This document shows, piece after piece, positions 12,061-25,678 of a stretch of DNA of 64,000 bases (the first letter of the stretch is position 1; each line of letters begins with the position of its first letter). Source of the stretch: the human T2T-CHM13v2.0 reference genome, Homo sapiens; assembly GCF_009914755.1 (NCBI RefSeq), contig NC_060944.1, one strand, 5' to 3'. The notes beneath the pieces are model-generated. The model had not been told where the DNA came from. It did no database searches and saw only the letters and a program-made list of their open reading frames with translations. The position numbers and the translations under genes are program-made.

Positions 12061-13119
12061 CCCCCGGGGTCACCACGCTGGGCCCGAGGGCCATGGGAGC
12101 CCGCGAGCCCGGAAGAGGAACTGGCAGGGCCGGTGGGACCCGGTGTCCAGCGCTCCCTGCCCTGGCCGTGGGGTGACAGGGGACCCCGGCCCTGCGGTCA
12201 CTCAGAGGTCCCCTGGATCCAGGAGGCACACGGTTCCCACCGGCGTCCGGGCTGGCGTTGGGGCTGGGTGGGGCGCAGGGCGGACCCCCTGCCTCAGGCA
12301 CACCGACAGCACCTCCTGTCCTCGACCTCCTTGGCGTCTGGAGTGCACCGTCCCCTCCCCAACCCGACGGCAGAGGGCAGCTTGGGCTGGGGCGGGGGCG
12401 GGCTCCAGGAGGGGCCCGAGGAGGGCGGGGTGGGCAGGGCCAGCCTCTCTCCCGCCCTCTGCAAGGCCCAGGCAGGCGGAATGGCTCTGCCCAGTCAGGC
12501 CTGGCCCATGCCCAAGGGCACCACAGTCCAACAGCCGCCCGTGCCCACGGAGAAGTGGGGGTTCCACGGAGAAGCGCTGCTGTTCAGCACCTGCAGTGGT
12601 TGCCAAGCCTGAGCTGCACTCAGGTGAAAAATTGCCTGCTTATTTAAGTGTTGGCCAGATATTTTAACATCATTAACCCTGCACCAGGTGCCGAGCCTCC
12701 GGCCTCTGCAGTAAATTCTGAGGACAGGCGAGTGAGGGGGCTCTCAGCACCCCGGCTTTCATGCAGTAAAACGAGATGCTGATTGCAGGGAGCTCGGCCG
12801 CAGGCCAGGCACCCAGATGCCCCATGCTGCCCGATGACCGGCTTCTGAGTCAGTCAATGCCCAGGCCATACCCAAAGGCCACTGCGGGGAAGTGGAGGCT
12901 GCGGACGCCTGGCCCCAGTTCAGGGGGATGAGCACACGGAGAAGGGGCGGCGGGTGAGTCCCTGGCTGGGGACCTCCCACCCTCTCCCTGGACAGCGCCA
13001 AGCCCCCGCATGCTGAAGCAAACTCTGCCCGCTCAGGTAGGTCCCCAGATCGGGGCAGGACTGGGGGAGCAAATCCCAGCAAAACCCAGCAGCACGGTAC
13101 AGGGTCCTGAGGCAGGAGG

Positions 13120-13283
13120 ATGGGGTGGTGGCCATCTGCAGTCTCTCTCTCCTCCCACATCCCCTCCGGGTCCTGAGTGGGGTGGGGTGGGGGCCATCTG
13201 CAGTCTCTCACTCCTCCCACCTCCCCTCTGGGTCCTGAGGCACGGGGGTGGGGTGAGGCCATCTGCAGTCTCTCACTCCTCCT
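13120..13283. repeat. Imperfect ~63-bp tandem repeat x3 upstream of SRMS
   Basis: ggccatctgcagtctctc recurs three times. Confidence 0.8.
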
Positions 13284-13739
13284 GCCGGCCTCCCCCAGCA
13301 GCCCCTTCCGCACCTGGGTGGCCTTCAGGGAGCCTCACGCCCCTTTCCCACATCTCACACGCATCCATGCCCCCACTTCATGCGTGTGGCTGAATGCATC
13401 CCTCCAATAGGCGTGACCAGTGTCCAGCCAATGACAAGCCCCTCGCACCTGCCTGCCCTGGAGTCACAGATGGGCTTCTCAGAAACCTCACGTCTGGGGA
13501 CTGGTGTGTGCATTGTGGGGTGGCAGTGACACCCGTGGCCTGGCTCTCAGGGCACCCCAGCAGCCAAGCTGTGTCCGGGCTGATAGCCTGGAGCCAGCAG
13601 GGGCCCTGGGAGACTGGACATCGCCAGGCTCAGGGCAGGCTCTGCACCAGAGAGGTGCCCTGCTGGGGGTGGTGGGGGGTGTTGAGAAATGTGGAGAATT
13701 GTAAATACTACATTGGGGGTGGCCTTCGAGGGGCCCCAG

Positions 13740-13926
13740 CGCCTTCTCCTCCCGCGCTTCCCCCCGCCGCCCTCTCCTCCCGCCCCCGCCGCCCTCTCCT
13801 CCCCCCACCCGCTGCCCGTCTCCTCCCGCCCCCGCCGCCGTCTCCTCCCCACAACCCACCCCCGCCGTCTCCTCCCCTCCACTCCCCCCGCCGCCGTCTC
13901 CTCCCCACACCCACCGCCGTCTCCTC
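13740..13926. repeat. C-rich low-complexity repeat (ccgccgtctcctcccc)
   Basis: Direct inspection. Confidence 0.8.
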
Positions 13927-13969
13927 ACGTGCAGGTGAGGCTTTTGCCCACCATTTCTTTTCTTTACTT

Positions 13970-14205
13970 TTTTTTTGGAAACAGGGTCTCACTCTGTCGC
14001 CCAGGCTGGAGTGCAGTGGCAGCCTCGATCTCCTGGGCTCAAGCCGTCCTCCTGCCGGACTACAGGTGTGCGCCACCATGCCCAGATAAATTTTTTATTA
14101 TTTGTAGAGATGGGCTCTCACTATGTTGCCCAGGCCGGTTTTGAACTCTTGGCCTCAAGCGATCCTCCTGCCTCCCAAAGTGCTGGGACTACAGGTGTGG
14201 CTACC
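13970..14205 (-). mobile_element. Alu (old, internally deleted)
   Basis: Antisense Alu consensus blocks. Confidence 0.85.
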
Positions 14206-14922
14206 AGCTCTCCCAAATCCTCCCTAGGACGTGACTCTTCCCCGCTAGAACGCCAAGGCCGCAGAGCCCCAGGGAGGCCTCCTCAGGCCATGGAAAGCTC
14301 CTGTGCCCACCACACCAGGGTCAGATGTTCAGGGCACTGAATGCAGATTCCTCCCAGACACTCCCTGCCCCTTAGAGCCACGGGATCATGGCACAGGACT
14401 CAGCACATTCCATGCCCAGCTGGAACCAGAGGCAGGCCTGGCCATCAGGGTTAGGGCCCCATTGGGCCTCTGCCCCGGCGTGTCTCACCCCCACCGCCCC
14501 ACCTGCCCACAGATCAGCTCCCCACGTCTGCCCCATCTTCCCCCTCCTTGCACCTGCTGCCCTTGCACCGCACACATGCCAGGGTGAGTGTGGTCGGCAG
14601 GCAGCCGAGGCCGGCTTTATCCAGCTCCTCCCCGGTGGTCCTCAGAATCCCCGGCCCCGCATGCCCAGCTGCCCTGTCCCGCTGCCCTCCAAGTTGTGCC
14701 CGCCCGTCCACCCCTTCCTCACCTCACCCACCAGGCGCAACACAGCCCAGCGTAGGGCCCCTGCCAGGTGTCGGTGTCAGCAGCCCCTTCCCTGCCTGCT
14801 GTGCCCCCCCCACATGACCTCACCTCCTCCCTCAGCCCTAACCGGGTGGGTGGCACAGAGGGGAGTGAGGAAAGGGGCCTGGGTACAGGATCAGTCTGGA
14901 CGGGGTCAGGAGTCTGGGGCTT

Positions 14923-15555
<633 letters not shown>

Positions 15556-15799
15556 TCAGGCCACCCCCCATCCGGGTTTATGTGTCTGGAGGGCACAGCT
15601 CTGAGGGTCTCAGTGGTCAGCGTGCATTCTCTCCCCCAAGACTGGCCCCACTACCCCCAGGCTTCACCATCCTCAGGGCCCAGGGAAGAGAGCTTGTCCC
15701 CACCAGGGACAACAGATCCAAAGTGTTCACTGCCCGTGCCCTGGTGGCCACAAACAGGGTTGAGCAAGACTGAGCACAAACTGGCCCCTGGTGCCCAGC

Positions 15800-17031
<1,232 letters not shown>

Positions 17032-17919
17032 TAGAAATCAGAAATTGAAAGAAAGGGGGTAGGGTGGAGCCCAGGAGAGGGGAGACATCCAGGACCTGCC
17101 TGGCCCCAAAAGAGAAGGGGAGGCTGCTCTGCCCCCACCCCGCTTCTCCGTCAGTGGGCTGCAGGGCCGGGGGTAAGGGGTCTAACTCCTACTGCTTCCC
17201 AACCCTCCGCGTCAGACAGCACCCCCTTCTCCAAACAACCCCGGCTTTGTCCCCTGGAGCCCTAAATAACAATAACAATAGCTGGCATTTATTGAGTTCC
17301 AGCCCAGGCAGGGAGGGCAGGGCAGAAACAGCACCCAACAGGACTGGGTGCAAGGCTCACACCTGTAATCCGGAAGGATCAGAAAGACCCAGGTGGGAGG
17401 ATCACTTGAGCCCCGGGGGTGAAGACTGCCGCATGGGTGACAGAGCAAGACGCTATCTCAAAAAAAAAACCACCCACATCCACCCACTTCCTGCCAGGCC
17501 TAACCCCTGGGGCCTCCATGCACCAAGGGAAAGCTCTTCCAGGGTGGGGTCACCGGGAGGAGGGGGGAGGCTCAAGTTACAGAACAGCCTGGTAGGGGCT
17601 CAAAGACGCCCATCCTGGAAGAGGCCCCAGCACTGACCTCCGTGGGGGTGGAGATGAGGAGGATGGAAAGGGTGTCTTCCTCCAGCATCTTCCTGAAGGT
17701 GAAGGAGGGGCACCTTGGGGTGTCTAAGATTGTGACCCCAGGAGACCCCCAGCTAGCTGGGGTGTGCTGTGGGGGAACGGGGGGATCCCAGAGGCCCTGA
17801 GCCCAACTGAACAGATACAGACGGGACCAGATGGCCTCAGAGCTCCCCTGCGGGGCTCCCTGGAGCTATGGAGACCCCATTTATCCAGAGTCAGGTCGGT
17901 GCCTGAGCTTGGGCAGCCC

Positions 17920-18300
17920 CAGGTGGAAGGAGCCCATGGTGGGAGGAGCCTGTAGTGGGAGGAGCCTGTAGTGGGAGGAGCCTATGATGGGAGGGGCCGT
18001 GGTGGGGGGAGCCCGCGGTGGGAGGAGCCTGCGCTGGGAGGAGCCTGTGGTGGGAAGACCCTGTGGTGGGAGGGGCCGTAGTAGGGGAGCCCGCGGTGGG
18101 AGGAGCCTGCTCTGGGAGGAGCCTGTGGTGGGAGGGGCCGTGGTGGGGGGAGCCCGCGGTGGGAGGAGCCTATGATGGGAGGGGCCGTTGCGGGGGAGGG
18201 GGGAGCCCATGGTGGGAGGAGCCTGTGGTTGAGGAGCCTGCGGTGGGGGGAGCCTGCGGTGGGAGGAGCCTGTAATGGGTGGCATCTGTAATGGGCGGGG
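17920..18300. repeat. G-rich minisatellite (GTGGGAGGAGCCT-like, ~16-17 bp)
   Basis: Direct inspection. Confidence 0.9.
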
Positions 18301-18990
18301 CCTTGCTGGGCAGAGCCCGCGGCGGGGGAAGCCGCCCCTCTCCTCTGTCCAGGCGCTGGGTGGTCCATCCGCCTGGTCACCGGCCACTGCCTCTCTCCCA
18401 AATTCCTCCGAGGGATTCCCGAGGAGTGCGCTCGGACTGGGGGGTTGAGCAGGAACTCCCTCCCAGTCACCCGAGGCTCCTGCGCCCCGCCCGAAGCCGG
18501 GGGTGCGTGGGGAGTGGTGCGCCCGCGGAAGGGCTCCGGGACGGGAACCCCCCTTGGAGCCTGGCTCTTGGACCAGCCACCCGCCGTGGCCCCTCAGTCG
18601 GGGACGCGGGCCCCCAGAAGTCTGGGGCTCTCCAGGAAGCGAAGCGGATGGAAGATTACTCGGCTCGGGGTCCCGGGTCCCCACCCCCGCCCCGCCCCCG
18701 GGCCGCAGCGTCACAAAGGCCGCTGGTCCCCAGGGCAACCCGCGGAGTGCGGAGGGAGGCTGGGCTCTGGGAAGTCCGCGCGCGGCTCCGCTTCAGAGGC
18801 AGGGCAAGTGGGCGCGGTCCTGGGGCGGCGGCGGGGGCCGGGAGAGGAGGGCTGGGGGTCTCGAGAAGGTAAGGGGCAGGCAGAGCGGCCGGGGAGGTGG
18901 GCCCGGGCCAGGGGAGCCAAGGGGAGTGTGGTGGAGGGGGTAGAGTGCGGGCACCTGGTGGTCTCAGGGAAGCGGGCCTGGGACCGGGGC
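18300..18990 (+). promoter_or_regulatory. FNDC11: CpG island / probable FNDC11 promoter with a non-coding first exon (donor AAG|GTAAGG after 18868)
   Basis: High CpG density, GC boxes (ccccgccccgccc), strong donor upstream of the coding-exon acceptor at 20250. Confidence 0.6.
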
Positions 18991-20260
18991 GTGTAGGAAG
19001 CAGCGAGGGGCTCAGAACCACCTTTCCGGGTTCACGACCAGCCTCTCTGGGTGTTCCACCTGGGCAGCTGCTGGAGACTAGAAAACATCCCTCACACGTC
19101 ACAGAGGCACGGTTTCCCTCCAGCGGTGAAATCCGCCCCAGCCTCCAGCAAGAGCAGGGCTTAGGCCTGGGGTCCTGGGGTCCTGCTCTCAGCTGGCACC
19201 TCACCCCAGACACACTCCCTGCTGCCCCCAGGGGCCTGTTCTCGAGGGATTCCCGAGGAGTGCGCTCGTGAAGTCATATCTGCCTCACGCCCAAAAGGGC
19301 AACCCTTCCCGGGCAGATATGACTTCACCACGTACCTGTGTGGCCCTGGGGAACTCAGCAACTGCTTAGCTCTCATTTGTGGGTCGTCCAAGGCCCAAGT
19401 GGCTGTGACAACCTGAGATCTCCAGGGTTGCTGGGAGCCGGGGCAGCAACCAGGGGTGCGGCTTGCTCTCCAGGGAGCTGCGGCAGAGCCTGGGGCCACA
19501 GCTGCACTCAGCCGGTGCACCCACGGACAGAGGGTCAGACTCGGCTCAGCACTGGGCTCAAGCCCTGGATGAGAACAAGAACCAAGCTTCTTAGCCTCAG
19601 GCTCCATCTGGGAAATGGAGTGTCACTTGTGGAGTCCATGAGCTCACCAGGGACAGGATCCCGGGTCCACAGCGAGGGCCCACAGCGTGGGAGGAGGGCT
19701 GCTCCTCCGGGCCCAGGCCTGGGCGCCCTCCTCCCATGCTGACCAGCCAGCTGGCCTCGTCTTTGGTGAGGCCTGTCTCTGTGCCCTACAACTGCGGTGA
19801 GGCGTGGAGCGTCCCCAGGGAGAACCGGAGCGGGAGGATGGCCCGCGAATGTCCCCGAGGGGGATCCTGTGCTGCTTAGGACCACGCCGTCCCCTCTCCA
19901 CGGCCCCGAGGGGTGCCAGCAACCCCTTTCAGCAGCAGGGTTAGGAACTGGGGCCCTTGCAAGGCCACAGGTCAGGCGGTTCTGGCCAGAAGTCCGCAGT
20001 CCTAGTTCTTCCCTGTCCTGTCCCACAGGCCACTGGTTGTCAGTAGAGGTTTTTGCCCCTCAGTATAAACTGTGTCCAGATCTGTAGGCTGCCCATCCAG
20101 CCCTCCAGGCAGCCTCTTCCCATCGAGTTGTGCCCCCGAAGAAGGACAGAGGTCCAGCATGGGGTCAGTGGGCTGAATCCATCCCCCGAACATGCCACAG
20201 CCCAGGGGAGGCCAGCCTGCCTGGCAGCTGACACCCAGCCCTCCCCCCAGCTCCCGGATA

Positions 20261-21217
20261 ATGAGCACCCATGTGGCAGGCCTGGGCCTGGACAAGATGA
20301 AGCTGGGCAATCCCCAGTCCTTCCTGGACCAGGAGGAGGCAGATGACCAGCAGCTGCTGGAACCAGAGGCGTGGAAGACCTACACCGAGCGCCGCAATGC
20401 CCTGCGTGAGTTCCTGACCTCGGACCTGAGTCCGCACCTGCTCAAGCGCCACCACGCCCGCATGCAGCTGCTGCGTAAGTGCTCCTACTACATCGAGGTC
20501 CTGCCCAAGCACCTGGCCCTGGGCGACCAGAACCCGCTGGTGCTGCCTAGCGCCTTGTTCCAGCTCATCGACCCCTGGAAGTTCCAGCGCATGAAGAAGG
20601 TGGGCACAGCTCAGACCAAGATCCAGCTCCTGCTGCTCGGGGACCTGTTGGAACAGCTCGACCATGGCCGTGCTGAGCTGGATGCCCTGCTCCGGTCGCC
20701 AGACCCACGGCCCTTCCTGGCCGACTGGGCGCTGGTGGAGCGGCGGCTGGCGGACGTGTCGGCCGTCATGGACAGCTTCCTGACCATGATGGTGCCGGGG
20801 CGGCTACACGTCAAGCACCGCCTGGTGTCTGATGTCAGTGCCACCAAGATCCCGCACATCTGGCTCATGCTGAGCACCAAGATGCCTGTCGTGTTTGACC
20901 GAAAGGCGTCGGCGGCTCACCAGGACTGGGCCCGGCTGCGCTGGTTCGTCACCATCCAGCCAGCCACATCGGAGCAGTATGAGTTGCGCTTCAGGCTGCT
21001 GGACCCGCGGACACAGCAGGAGTGCGCCCAGTGTGGCGTCATCCCCGTGGCTGCCTGCACCTTCGACGTCCGAAACCTGCTGCCCAACCGATCCTATAAG
21101 TTCACCATCAAGAGGGCCGAGACCTCCACGCTGGTGTACGAGCCCTGGAGGGACAGCCTCACCCTGCACACCAAGCCGGAGCCCCTGGAGGGGCCCGCCC
21201 TCAGCCACTCTGTCTGA
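20261..21217 (+). CDS. FNDC11: FNDC11 (C20orf195), 318 aa, single coding exon, C-terminal FN3-like domain
   Basis: Acceptor ctccccccag ends at 20250, ATG at 20261 (MSTHVAGLG...); strong GC3 codon bias; FN3-like LRWF...[12 protein letters not shown]; TGA followed by AATAAA. Confidence 0.93.
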   Translation: MSTHVAGLGLDKMKLGNPQSFLDQEEADDQQLLEPEAWKTYTERRNALREFLTSDLSPHLLKRHHARMQLLRKCSYYIEVLPKHLALGDQNPLVLPSALFQLIDPWKFQRMKKVGTAQTKIQLLLLGDLLEQLDHGRAELDALLRSPDPRPFLADWALVERRLADVSAVMDSFLTMMVPGRLHVKHRLVSDVSATKIPHIWLMLSTKMPVVFDRKASAAHQDWARLRWFVTIQPATSEQYELRFRLLDPRTQQECAQCGVIPVAACTFDVRNLLPNRSYKFTIKRAETSTLVYEPWRDSLTLHTKPEPLEGPALSHSV

Positions 21218-21244
21218 GAGATGATTTTCTAATATTTATCCACT

Positions 21245-21250
21245 AATAAA
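21245..21250 (+). terminator. FNDC11 poly(A) signal AATAAA
   Basis: 27 nt after the stop codon. Confidence 0.85.
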
Positions 21251-22415
21251 GAAGAGTGTAAATGCACATATGGAATTAAAGAAGCAAACCTATTTATGTT
21301 TTAAAGGCAGCAGCCACCAGTGTTTTTCCTGGCTCAAAACATGCCAAGCCCCAGGCCTTCTGCTCCTGCTCTTTCCCAGGGGGAGCCACAGGCCGGACCT
21401 CCCAAGACAGCTGAGCCTGGAGCAAGAAGTACCAGCCCCTGACACCTACGGGTCCAACGACGACGACAAAAGCTGCTCCACGGGGCCTCTGCGGTCCTAG
21501 CCCCCGCCCCTCCTCACCACCCCCATCACCGTGACCGGGCTCCGGCCTTCCTTACCCACCTCCCTGGCTTGTGGGGCTCCCTCAGGGAATGACACTCCTA
21601 GGCCGTGATGCCTCCCACCATCCCCTGCCCAGCCTCGAGTGCTCATCAGCACGCCCGCCCGAGGAGGCAGCAGCACCACCGGGGATCCCTGGCTGTGAGC
21701 AGCTCAGCCGTGCCCCTCCATGCCCCGCCCCACCTTTTGTTCCTCAAGGGCCTTCCCGGCCCTGAGCTCCCTCTCTCCTCCAGGATCAGCTGCTTTTGCT
21801 AGGCGTCCAGCCCCTGCGTCCCCCCACCGCTCACCTTCAGGGCCGCAGCTGCCCCTTCCTCCCAGAAGCCTTCCCTGGCTGCAGGCTGGTGAGGTCCCCA
21901 AGTCCCCCTTCCTAGAGGCGCCTTCTCATCCTCTCTGCAGGCACTTCTCAAGCTATTGCAGAACTACTCTTATTTCATGACGGTCCAAGAATAGACATGG
22001 TCTTCAAGGCAGGGCCCGTCCAGCACACCAACGGGGCCACAGTCCTGGAGACTCCATGCTCCACCCCTCCCTCCACAGATGCCCAGAACCTCTTTTCCCA
22101 CAGTGACCATAGCCCCCGCGACCATCTGACCCCCGAGCTGGCTCTGGGAGGCCACAGGAGCCCCTGTGGACGCAGCCACAAATGGGCCAGGTGCGGAGGG
22201 ACCCCAGTCCACAGCGGCCAGGGGGTCCTGGGGAGCAGCTTTAAAAGTGGGACCAGCAGGACAGTCAAGGCTGGTGGCCTCAGGGACTTTGGACTTGGCC
22301 AGCCTGGTGACACCGGAGCAGCTCTGGAGCTGTGGCTTGTCCCCACCACACCAGGCACGGCCCTCCCCTCCCCACACAGGCAGCCGGAGACACCGGCCCT
22401 GCAGGGGGGGTCGCT

Positions 22416-22617
22416 GCCCTCCCCACGCTCCTGCGCCCAGCGCTCTGCAGTGGGCCCTCGACGGCCTCCACGGCCGCGTCCCAAAACCGCCCTCCCCACG
22501 CCCCTGCGCCCAGCGCTCTGCAGTGGGCCCTCGACGGCCTCCACGGCCGCGTCCCAAAACCGCCCTCCCCACGCCCCTGCGCCCAGCGCTCTGCAGTAGG
22601 CCCTCGACAGCCTCCAC
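22416..22617. repeat. 73-bp CpG-rich tandem repeat x~2.8
   Basis: gccctccccacg at 22416, 22489, 22562. Confidence 0.9.
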
Positions 22618-22704
22618 AACTGCGTACCAAGCACAGTGACCATCCACTTTTGCCCCCCAGCCAGACCTCAAACACCCAGAAGTGAGAAGAGCTTTCAGAG
22701 TGGT

Positions 22705-22710
22705 TTTATC
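22705..22710 (-). terminator. Probable HELZ2 poly(A) signal (variant GATAAA)
   Basis: Sits in an AT-rich patch (22690-22760) ~1.1 kb after the HELZ2 stop; I did not spot a canonical AATAAA on the minus strand there. Confidence 0.5.
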
Positions 22711-23094
22711 ATTAAATTAATATCTAATCACATAATTCAAAGATATAAAAATTGGAATGTAGAAGGTGGGGCAAGCCCCTCCCTCAGGACTGGAGGCGGC
22801 AGCAGGGACAGAGCCGCACTGAAGCGGGTGAGCGTGCGAGAAACATACAGCCGAGCAGGCTGCCCCGAACACTCAGTCCAGGGTGGAAGCATCGCCCCGG
22901 CACCCCCCAACCCCCGAGCCCACTGCGCAGCCCACAGGAAGAGTGCAGGCTTTTCACATTTCAGAGGGTGGGGTGGGGTGGGGTGGGGCGGGGTGGGCCC
23001 CTGGCTTTGGGCTGCCCTCCAGCAGCCCCTGAAGGACACAGGCGGTGATGGTGGGAGAAAGGCCCCCTCTCCCAGGGAGGCCTCCTTGTCCTGA

Positions 23095-23432
<338 letters not shown>

Positions 23433-23842
23433 AGGATGCTGGCTTTTAGTTCATTTAAATAGAAAATAAACCTGAACTCCACAGACACCATCCAGAGTGA
23501 TTACAGGTGGCGTCCAAAGGTCAAAGGGCAGCCTCCACAGGGTTTCCTTCCTGGTTCTGAGACTTCCCAGGGACAGCAGAACTTCCTTGCACTGGTCCCA
23601 AGGAAGCCCCTCTTGGCCACCCTGAGAGGTGTTCCTGTCCCCAGATGCCCAGGAGGAGCAAGAGTGTGGGGACCGGCCCTTGCCGTTCCTCCTCCAAGTC
23701 CACCCACTTCCTGCCCCAGGGAGATCCTGAGGCCAGGAGGCAGGCTGGCCCAGGCAGGCTGATGGCGGAGGGTGGTGGGGAGGGTGGGGGGGCCCTGGAC
23801 TTTCCCTCCCAGTCCTGGCACCTTGCAGGTGGAGAGGGCTCT

Positions 23843-23967
23843 TCAGGAAGGCATAGTTGGCCTCCTGCAGACGCGCACCTGGCCGGCAGGCACGAGGGTC
23901 TGCTGAGCCTCGCAGAAGTCCAGGAGGCTACGCCAGAGGGGGCAGCAGCGCAGAAGGAGGTGGTCTC
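23843..23967 (-). CDS. HELZ2: HELZ2 exon 20 (last; stop)
   Basis: GDHLLLRCCPLWRSLLDF...RRPTMPS-TGA; 125 nt; total CDS from the GUG = 8691 nt. Confidence 0.94.
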
Positions 23968-23974
23968 CTGTGAG

Positions 23975-24455
23975 GGTGGGAGTCAGATGGGAGTCAGTCA
24001 GGGTCAGGTGGGAGGAGTCAGGGTCAGGTGGGAGGAGTCAGGGTCAGGTGGGAGTCAGTCAGGGTCAGGTGGGAGGAGTCAGGGTCAGGTGGGAGGAGTC
24101 AGGGTCAGATGGGAGTCAGTCAGAGTCAGGTGGGAGGAGTCAGGGTCAGGTGGGAGGAGTCAGGGTCAGGTGGGAGGAGTCAGGGTCAGGTGGGAGGAGT
24201 CAGGGTCAGATGGGAGTCAGTCAGAGTCAGGTGGGAGGAGTCAGGGTCAGGTGGGAGGAGTCAGGGTCAGGTCGGAGTCAGGGTCAGGTGGGAGGAGTCA
24301 GGGTCAGGTGGGAGTCAGTCAGGGTCAGGTGGGAGGAGTCAGGGTCAGGTGGGAGGAGTCAGGGTCAGATGGGAGTCAGTCAGAGTCAGGTGGGAGGAGT
24401 CAGGGTCAGGTGGGAGGAGTCAGGGTCAGGTCGGAGTCAGGGTCAGGCAGGAGTC
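23975..24455. repeat. 20-bp minisatellite GGGTCAGGTGGGAGGAGTCA filling the HELZ2 last intron
   Basis: Direct inspection, ~24 copies with variant units. Confidence 0.95.
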
Positions 24456-24524
24456 GGCAGCTCCCTAGCCCAGCCCTGGCCTCACCTGTGTTCCCACCCT
24501 GGAAGAGCCCAGCCCCGCCCTCAC

Positions 24525-24692
24525 CGATCAGGCAGAGCCCCTCCTGGGCCCGCGTGACAGCCACATTCACTTGGTTGGGGTCCACAACGAAGCCCAGAAA
24601 CTTCTTGAGCCAGCTCTTGGTGGGCCGCTGGTCCAGGTCGCTCTTGGCACAGGTGCGGACGGTGCTCACCAGCACATAGCGCCACTCGCTCC
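24525..24692 (-). CDS. HELZ2: HELZ2 exon 19 (helicase 2, motifs V-VI)
   Basis: GSEWRYVLVSTVR...NVAVTRAQEGLCLI; 168 nt. Confidence 0.96.
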
Positions 24693-24767
24693 CTGCGGGA
24701 TGGGAGGTGAGGCCCTGCTGCCGCTGCGCCCACCCTCCCGGCCCCACCCACGAGCCCCCAGCCTCAC

Positions 24768-24924
24768 CCTGGCTCTTGGTGATGGAGGACACGGCCACCC
24801 CGGCGATGCCCTCTCGCCGAAGGGCCTTGCTGATCTCAGAGGCCTGCGCGTTGTAGGGCGTGAGGACGGCGATGTCCTGGGGCTCTACGGTCCTCCCCAG
24901 GGTCAGCTGCTTGGTGATACGGAC
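24768..24924 (-). CDS. HELZ2: HELZ2 exon 18
   Basis: IAVLTPYNAQ...SITKSQ; 157 nt. Confidence 0.96.
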
Positions 24925-24972
24925 CTGAGGAGCCGAGGGGGCAGGTGGAGCGGACCCTGGTGTCTCTCCTGC

Positions 24973-25096
24973 CCTCCTCCAGGAAGCCCTCCCTGACTCA
25001 CAAGCACCAGACACTCACCACCTCAGCCACCTCCTCCAGAAAGCCCTCCCTGACTCACAGGCACCAGACACTCACCACCTCAGCCACCTCCTCCAG
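24973..25096. repeat. 57-bp tandem duplication spanning the HELZ2 exon 17 donor
   Basis: cctcctccag at 24973, 25030, 25087. Confidence 0.92.
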
Positions 25097-25294
25097 GTTG
25101 GCCTTGGAGTTCTCATTCCCTTCGTCCGTGGACACCAGCAGGCTCCGCTCGTGGCCCTGCACGTGGCCAAAGATGACAGGGCAGCTCTCCTTGCCAGCGT
25201 GGCCCAGGACACTGGGCGGCCTCCTCAGGCCCTGCCACGTCTTCAGCTTGCTCTTGTAGAACGCCACAGAGGGGAAGGCACAGATGCCCTCATG
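25076..25294 (-). CDS. HELZ2: HELZ2 exon 17
   Basis: HEGICAFPSVAFYKSKL...SKANLEEVAEV; 219 nt using the proximal donor. Confidence 0.93.
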
Positions 25295-25391
25295 CTGCAG
25301 GCAAGGATGTGCGCTGGTCAGAGGCTGCCACGCGGGGTTGTGGCCCCCCAGGGGCTGCAGGTGGGCTGGGGGCTGAGTGGGGCGGGCTCAC

Positions 25392-25526
25392 CATGCGGTA
25401 CTGAGTGTCCAGCATATGTGCGTCCTCGTGGTACCGCTCGAACAGAGACCGGTCCAGACCCAGGTTTTGCAGCCGCTCATTCTTGACCACAGGCCGCAGC
25501 TGCTTGTGGTCTCCGAGAAGAACCAC
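25392..25526 (-). CDS. HELZ2: HELZ2 exon 16
   Basis: VVLLGDHKQLRPVV...SLFER...LDTQYRM (UPF1-like motifs III/IIIa); 135 nt. Confidence 0.96.
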
Positions 25527-25678
25527 CTGGAGGAATAGGCAGGCCTGGCCCTGACACCCCTAGACCCAGAGGGACCCCAGCCCCACACGACACCCGCGTC
25601 TGCACACACAGGGCACCCCAGGTGGGAGACTGTGCCAGGGACGCCTGCTCATGCTGCCCACACCCCCCGCCGACCAAC

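Noticed and set aside
20192-20260. N-terminal extension of the FNDC11 ORF (341 aa)
   Set aside because: The ATG at 20192 lies upstream of the strong acceptor at 20250 and is probably intronic.
22430-22600. CTCF-like motif in the 73-bp repeat (CCACTGCAGAGCGC)
   Set aside because: Three mismatches at core positions; cannot be supported without ChIP data.
23645-24679. Gly/Ser/Val-rich 344-aa ORF
   Set aside because: Translation of the 20-bp minisatellite.
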